A stretch of 64,000 nucleotides of DNA, taken from NCBI GenBank assembly GCA_040081185.1, contig JBEBHC010000002.1:1693-65692 (forward strand). The letters run 5' to 3'. Under the pieces are notes generated by a model. That model was given only the letters and a program-made list of their open reading frames with translations. It ran no database searches and was not told the origin of the DNA. The position numbers and the translations under genes are program-made. Source of the DNA: Devosia sp. (lineage in GTDB: Bacteria; Pseudomonadota; Alphaproteobacteria; Rhizobiales; Devosiaceae). How positions within the stretch are numbered: position 1 is the first letter of the stretch; the number at the start of each line of letters is the position of its first letter. Shown in pieces: positions 58,492 through 64,000 of the stretch.

Positions 58492-61100
58492 TGGCGCGCG
58501 CACAGCAGCTGCTCAAGACTTACCGGCAGAAGCGCGACTTCACCAAGACTGCCGAGCCATCCGGCGAAAAGCCAGCGGCGAAGGGATCAAAAGCGCTGAC
58601 CTTCGTGGTCCAGAAGCACGACGCGACACGCCTGCACTATGACTTCCGTCTCGAACTCGACGGCGTGCTGAAAAGCTGGGCGGTGACCAAGGGGCCATCA
58701 ACAAACCCGGCTGACAAGCGTCTCGCCGTTCATGTCGAGGATCACCCGCTCGACTATGGTGGGTTCGAAGGCACGATCCCCGAAGGTGAGTATGGCGGCG
58801 GCACCGTGATGCTGTGGGACCAGGGCACCTGGGAGCCGATCGGCGATCCGCACGAAGGTCTCGAGAAGGGCGATCTCAAGTTTACCCTGAGCGGCAAGCG
58901 AATGAAGGGCGAATGGGTCCTGGTCCACATGAAGGGCCGCGACGTCACGAAACGCGATGGCTCGGCGCGCGAAAACTGGCTGCTGATCAAGCACCGCGAC
59001 AAATACGCGACCGAGAGCGGGGAACTCACCGAGAAGTTCACCACGAGCGTAGAGACAGGGCGCGACCTTCCCGGCATCGCCAAAGGCTTGAAGTCGCGGC
59101 GCAAGGCCGCGGCCCTCTCGGCGCCGGCGAAGGTGTGGACCAGAAAGGGTGAACAGGTTCTGCCCGACTTCCGGCCACCGCAACTCTGTACCCTCGTCGA
59201 AGGCATTCCTGAGGGCGGTGACTGGCTGTTCGAAATGAAATTCGACGGCTATCGCGCCATCGCCGCAATAGCCGGCGACCAGGTGCGCATCTACACGCGC
59301 AACGGCAATGACTGGACCGAAAAGTTCGGCGCGTTGGTCAAGCCGCTCGGCAAGCTCACCAAGGGCTCGGCCCTGATCGACGGCGAGATCGTCGCCTTCA
59401 AGGGCGAGCGCACCGACTTCTCGAGCCTGCAGGAGGCATTGTCGTCGGGTGCGGCGCTCACCTATTTCGCCTTCGACCTCCTGGAGGAAAATGGCGAGGA
59501 CCTGCATCGACTTCCCCTGCTCGAGCGCAAGGAGAGGCTGCACAATCTGCTCGGCAAGCGACGTTCGACCGATCCGATCCACTATTCCGAGCACGTCATC
59601 GGTGAGGGCGAGAAGTTCTTCCAGGCCATGAGCGACGGCGGCTACGAGGGCATGGTGGCCAAACGCGTCGATGCGCCTTATCGCGGCGAGCGCACCAAAA
59701 GCTGGCTCAAGATCAAATGCGGTCACCGCCAGGAATTCGTCATCGGCGGCTGGCGCCCGAGCGACAAGAAGAAAACGTTCGCTTCGCTGCTGCTCGGCAC
59801 CTTCGAGGACGGCGAGCTCGTCTATCACGGCCGCGTCGGCACAGGCTGGAACGACAAGCTGGCCAGCGAACTACAAACTGCGCTCGACAAGCGAGCCACT
59901 GCCACCAATCCCTTCGTAAACGCGCCGCGCGACATCATCCGTCATGCAAAATGGGTGAAGCCTGATCTGGTGGGCGAAGTGAGCTTCACCGAATTCACGC
60001 CGGACGCTATCGTGCGCCATCCGTCCTTCGTGGGCCTCCGCAGGGACAAGAAGGCGAGGGAGATCACGCTTGAGCGACCCAAGGACGCGCCCGTGCCTGC
60101 CAGTCCGAAGAAACCAGCCTCTGCAAAGACTCAGGCGCGCACCCGCAAAGGCGCGGCCGTGAAGCCCCTCGTTTTCACTACGGAGATGGGCATCGCAGCC
60201 GCCGAGCGTCTTGGCGTAAAGCTCACCAGCCCCGACAAGGTCGTTTACAAGGACGGCACCATCACCAAGGCCATGCTGGTCGCCTATTACGACGCCGTGT
60301 CGGAAGCCATGTTGCCCCACGTCGCCAAGCGACCGCTGTCACTGGTGCGCCTGCCGACCGGGAGCAGCAAACCGTTCTTCCAGAAACACGACAGCGGCGG
60401 GTTTCCGGCTGCGTTCAAGAAGGTGAAGATCACAGAGACCACCGGACCGACCGACATCTACCTCTACATCGATGGTGCCGATGGACTCGCCGCAGCAGTG
60501 CAGATGAGCGCGCAGGAGCTGCATATCTGGGGCAGCCATATCGACAAGCTCGAACACGCCGACCGCATCATCTTCGATATCGATCCCGACGAGGGCCTCG
60601 ACTTCAAGGCGACGCGGCAGGCTGCAATGGATATCCGCGACAAGCTCGGAGAGTGGGGCCTCGAAACCTTTCCCATGGTCACCGGCGGCAAAGGCATTCA
60701 CGTCATCGCACCGCTGCGCCGTACGCTGGAATGGCCCGAGATCAAACTGTTCTGCCACGCCTTCGCCGACAAGCTCGCAGCCGACGAACCCGAGCGTTTC
60801 ACCTCGAACATCCGCAAGGCCACGCGCAAAGGCCGGATGTTCGTCGACTACCTGCGTAACGAGCGCGGCTCGACGGCTGTGAGCCCCTACTCCACCCGCG
60901 CCAAGCCGGGGTGTCCCGTGGCAGTGCCGGTGGGCTGGGATGAGATCGAAACGCTGACCTCCGCCAGTGGATTCTCGCTTGGCGAATCCGCAGCGCGGGC
61001 GAAGGGTCCCGACCCGTGGAAGGGCTACTTCGACACGACGCAGTCGATCACCAAAGCGATGCTGAGTGCGGTGGCTGGCGACAAACTGAAGAAGGACTAG
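58491..61100 (+). CDS. ligD: NHEJ DNA ligase D (PE-LIG-POL), copy 2
   Basis: QKHDATRLHYDFRLE (PE), EMKFDGYR, EGMVAK, WLKIK (LIG), IFDIDPD, TGGKGIH, DYLRN (POL). Confidence 0.95.
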   Translation: MARAQQLLKTYRQKRDFTKTAEPSGEKPAAKGSKALTFVVQKHDATRLHYDFRLELDGVLKSWAVTKGPSTNPADKRLAVHVEDHPLDYGGFEGTIPEGEYGGGTVMLWDQGTWEPIGDPHEGLEKGDLKFTLSGKRMKGEWVLVHMKGRDVTKRDGSARENWLLIKHRDKYATESGELTEKFTTSVETGRDLPGIAKGLKSRRKAAALSAPAKVWTRKGEQVLPDFRPPQLCTLVEGIPEGGDWLFEMKFDGYRAIAAIAGDQVRIYTRNGNDWTEKFGALVKPLGKLTKGSALIDGEIVAFKGERTDFSSLQEALSSGAALTYFAFDLLEENGEDLHRLPLLERKERLHNLLGKRRSTDPIHYSEHVIGEGEKFFQAMSDGGYEGMVAKRVDAPYRGERTKSWLKIKCGHRQEFVIGGWRPSDKKKTFASLLLGTFEDGELVYHGRVGTGWNDKLASELQTALDKRATATNPFVNAPRDIIRHAKWVKPDLVGEVSFTEFTPDAIVRHPSFVGLRRDKKAREITLERPKDAPVPASPKKPASAKTQARTRKGAAVKPLVFTTEMGIAAAERLGVKLTSPDKVVYKDGTITKAMLVAYYDAVSEAMLPHVAKRPLSLVRLPTGSSKPFFQKHDSGGFPAAFKKVKITETTGPTDIYLYIDGADGLAAAVQMSAQELHIWGSHIDKLEHADRIIFDIDPDEGLDFKATRQAAMDIRDKLGEWGLETFPMVTGGKGIHVIAPLRRTLEWPEIKLFCHAFADKLAADEPERFTSNIRKATRKGRMFVDYLRNERGSTAVSPYSTRAKPGCPVAVPVGWDEIETLTSASGFSLGESAARAKGPDPWKGYFDTTQSITKAMLSAVAGDKLKKD

Positions 61101-62119
61101 ATCCAGCCGGCGAGTTCGCGGCGGACGACGCTCTCGAGCATCACCATGCCGCCTTCGCTGTCGTTGAGGCAGGGCAGGTAGGCGAATTTCTGCCCGCCGG
61201 CATGCTCGAACTGCTCCCGCCCGGTGATGGCGATTTCTTCGAGCGTCTCGATACAATCCGTCGAAAACGCGGGCGCTACGACGGCCACTCTTGTAATGCC
61301 CTGCCCCGGCAAGGCTTCGAGCGTCGCGTCGGTGGCGGGCTCAAGCCACTTGGCGCGGCCGAAACGACTCTGGAACGTCACTTTGATCTTGCTCGTCGGC
61401 CAGCCCAGATGCTCGGTGAGCAGCCGGGTCGTCTTCAGGCACTGGCAGTGATAGGGGTCACCGCGCTCGAGATAGGTCACCGGCATGCCGTGATACGACG
61501 TGAGGATCATATCTGGCGTGAAATCGAGCTTCATCAGCCCGTCGCTGAGGCTCTGCGCGAGGGCGGCGATGTATTCGGGTGTATCGAAGTACGGGGGCAG
61601 TGTTCGCACTGCCGGCTGCCACCGCATGCCGGACATAGCCTCGAACGCCTTGTCGTTGGCAGTTGCGGTAGTGGTAGCCGAATACTGCGGATAAAGCGGC
61701 GCAAGGAGAATGCGGCTGCACCCCGCCTCCCGCATCGCGGCGAGCCTGTCGGCCGTCGAAGGCTTGCCGTAGCGCATGGCGAAATCGACGAGGACGCTCG
61801 GCCCAAGCCGCGCCTGCAGCGCCTGCGCCTGCCGGCGTGTGATGACACGCAGCGGCGAGTCGTTCTCGGCCTTGTCCCAGATGCGGGCGTAGTTGGCGCC
61901 GCTTTTCTGCGGCCGGAAACTCAGGATCGCACCCTGCAGGATCGGCTGCCAGATCAGGGGATTGAGTTCGACGACCCGCCTGTCCGACAGGAACTCACTG
62001 AGATAGCGCCGCACGCTCCAGTAATCCGTGGCATCGGGCGTACCCAGATTGAGCAGCAGCACGCCGACCTTTTCGGCGGCGACCGGGGGATGATTGGCTG
62101 GTTTGCGAGCGGCTGGCAT
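61097..62119 (-). CDS. hemH: ferrochelatase
   Basis: LLNLGTP, YLSEFLSDRRV, AMRYGKP, PLYPQYS, SYHG, FQSRFG, DCIETLEEI. Confidence 0.95.
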   Translation of the reverse strand: MPAARKPANHPPVAAEKVGVLLLNLGTPDATDYWSVRRYLSEFLSDRRVVELNPLIWQPILQGAILSFRPQKSGANYARIWDKAENDSPLRVITRRQAQALQARLGPSVLVDFAMRYGKPSTADRLAAMREAGCSRILLAPLYPQYSATTTATANDKAFEAMSGMRWQPAVRTLPPYFDTPEYIAALAQSLSDGLMKLDFTPDMILTSYHGMPVTYLERGDPYHCQCLKTTRLLTEHLGWPTSKIKVTFQSRFGRAKWLEPATDATLEALPGQGITRVAVVAPAFSTDCIETLEEIAITGREQFEHAGGQKFAYLPCLNDSEGGMVMLESVVRRELAGWI

Positions 62120-62203
62120 GGGCTGAAGTTTGGAAATGTTCTAAGCGGCGGCACCATAACCACGAAGCCGCCGCTGACAAGCCGCGCATTGTCACGGCTG
62201 CGT

Positions 62204-63562
62204 TTACCCCAGCGCACCCGTGAAGAAATCAATGATCAGCTTGACATTGAGGCTGACCAGCAGCGCCGCGATGACCGCCGCGAGGAAGGTGAGCCAGCGC
62301 GGCGACACCAGTTCACCGAGCTTGCTCTTCTGTGCCGTGAACAGCACCAGGGGGATCACGGCGAAAGGCAACTGGAAGCTGAGGACCACCTGGCTCAGCA
62401 CCAGTAACTTGCCCAGTTGCGCCTCGCCTGCGATCAGGATTGTCACGATAGCGGGGATGATGGCGACCAGCCGCGTCACCAGCCGCCGCGCCCAGGCCGC
62501 CATGCGGATATCGATGAAGCCTTCCATCACGATCTGCCCTGCCATTGTCGCGGTCACGGTGGAATTGAGCCCGCAGCAGAGCAGCGCGACGCCGAACAAC
62601 ACTGGCGCGACGGTTGAGCCGAGCAGCGGGTTCAATAGCCCGTGCGCGACATTGAGATCATCCACCACCTGCCCGCTCTTGTAGAACGTCGCCGCCGCGA
62701 GGATGAGCAGCGACGCATTGATGGTGAGCGCGAACATCAGCGCCACCGTGGAGTCGATGGTCGCGAACTTCAGCGCCTCGCGCTTTTCCGGCACCGTGCT
62801 GCCATAGGCGCGCGTTTGGATGATGCCTGAGTGCAGGTAGAGATTGTGCGGCATCACCGTGGCGCCGATGATGCCGAGCGCCAGATAGAGCATGTTGGGA
62901 TTGGCGAACACGTCGGTGGTGGGCGCAAAGCCGCGCACCACAGCGGCCCAATCCGGATTGGCCATCGCAATCTGGAACAGGAAGCAGAACGCGATGACGC
63001 CCATCATGGTGATGATGAACGCCTCGATCCAGCGGAAGCCCTTGGTCTGCAGCCACAGGATCAGGAACACATCGAGCGCCGTAATGAAGATGCCGATCTC
63101 AAGCGGGATGCCGAAAATGAGGTTGAGGCCGATTGCCGTGCCGATGACTTCGGCAAGGTCGGTCGCGCAGATGGCGAGTTCGGCCAATGCCCAGAGCGGC
63201 CAGCTGAGCCAGCGCGGGAATGCATCGCGGCACGCCTGCGCCAGATCCTTGCCGGTCGCGATGGCAAGCCGGGCGCAGAGCGACTGCAGGATGATTGCCA
63301 TGATGTTCGAAAGCAGCGCGATGGTCAGCAGCGCGTAACCGAACTGACTGCCCCCCGCGAGGGACGTAGCCCAGTTGCCCGGGTCCATGTAGCCGACAGC
63401 GACGAGATAGCCAGGCCCGACAAAGGCGAGAAACCGGCGCCAGCCCGTCGTGTTGGCCCGCACGGGAATGGAGCGGAACACATCGGCCAGTGGCGGCGTA
63501 TCTGAGTCGCGCAGCCAGCCCGGCCGCTTGGTAGGAGCGGTATCCACGGTTTCCGATGACAT
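62204..63562 (-). CDS. mntH: Nramp family Mn2+ transporter
   Basis: [41 protein letters not shown]. Confidence 0.95.
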   Translation of the reverse strand: MSSETVDTAPTKRPGWLRDSDTPPLADVFRSIPVRANTTGWRRFLAFVGPGYLVAVGYMDPGNWATSLAGGSQFGYALLTIALLSNIMAIILQSLCARLAIATGKDLAQACRDAFPRWLSWPLWALAELAICATDLAEVIGTAIGLNLIFGIPLEIGIFITALDVFLILWLQTKGFRWIEAFIITMMGVIAFCFLFQIAMANPDWAAVVRGFAPTTDVFANPNMLYLALGIIGATVMPHNLYLHSGIIQTRAYGSTVPEKREALKFATIDSTVALMFALTINASLLILAAATFYKSGQVVDDLNVAHGLLNPLLGSTVAPVLFGVALLCCGLNSTVTATMAGQIVMEGFIDIRMAAWARRLVTRLVAIIPAIVTILIAGEAQLGKLLVLSQVVLSFQLPFAVIPLVLFTAQKSKLGELVSPRWLTFLAAVIAALLVSLNVKLIIDFFTGALG

Positions 63563-63597
63563 CCGGTTCGCCCCCTTGTAGCGGCACGTCGCCGCCA

Positions 63598-63643
63598 TTG
63601 CAAAGCATTCGCAACTAATAGAGTTGTTGCGAACCATTTGCAA
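63598..63643. promoter_or_regulatory. two Mur-box-like palindromes upstream of mntH
   Basis: TTGCAAAGCATTCGCAA and TTGCGAACCATTTGCAA (TGC-N9-GCA). Confidence 0.65.
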
Positions 63644-63843
63644 GAACGGACTTGCGGTCGGGAAGTTGCACGGCACGCGGCGAACCGGGGCGCCTTGTCC
63701 CTCGGAACCAAATGAGCGCCACGAGATTGTGCCGCTCGGGCTCATCAACAGGCGAATGACTTGGCCGGGATTCCACAGCGGCGTGCGCTGTGATTCCTTA
63801 GGGGTCCCGGCGATTCGCTACGCCGAACAAGGAGTTGGGGTTT

Positions 63844-64000
63844 TTGGACAAAGTCGACGCGCAGCGGGAAGTTCTTCGCCGCTGGCAAGCCCTCCCAGCG
63901 TCCGGACGGCAGACCTTCGAACAGGCCACAGGCTTTGCCGAAGCGCAGGCCAACCTGCTCGATTTCCGCACCATGGGCGAAAAGACCAAGGTCATCACGG
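63844..64000 (+). CDS. hypothetical protein, 3' truncated by window edge
   Basis: AGGAG SD then TTG; MDKVDAQREVLRRWQALP..DFRTMGEKTKVIT open to the edge. Confidence 0.55.
   Translation, partial: MDKVDAQREVLRRWQALPASGRQTFEQATGFAEAQANLLDFRTMGEKTKVIT

Noticed and set aside
1-64000. CRISPR arrays, IS elements, prophage genes, LexA boxes at the repair operons
   Set aside because: No repeat-spacer arrays, transposase or phage ORFs seen; no GTTC-N7-GTTC found upstream of the ligase or ku genes by eye

Overview
High-GC (roughly 60-65% by eye) alphaproteobacterial chromosome segment. Gene content and order suggest Hyphomicrobiales, probably Devosia-like; this is inferred, not searched. About 55 CDS and two tRNA-Val genes; no CRISPR array, rRNA, transposase or integrase seen. 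A core block (cpdR, N-formylglutamate amidohydrolase, mmgR/suhB-type sRNA, hisN, ibpA, gltBD, galE/galU, NfeD-SPFH, hemH, mntH) is interleaved with accessory units. DNA repair genes are unusually dense: an exonuclease + ATP-dependent ligase + UVR-motif mini-protein operon, and two complete Ku/LigD pairs. One pair extends into a ligD-ku-(BRCT-like/HTH/TPR)-alpha/beta hydrolase-xth operon. Best candidates for undescribed biology: (i) that extended NHEJ operon and its BRCT-HTH-TPR protein; (ii) a LacI-controlled catabolic cluster with a sugar ABC importer, two ADP-ribosylglycohydrolases (the second carries an in-frame TAG), a CoA-transferase and a CitE-like lyase; (iii) a stand-alone ~190-nt transcript upstream of prfC with a 22-codon ORF behind a 14-nt perfect complement of the 16S 3' end; (iv) an sRNA candidate divergent from ibpA.
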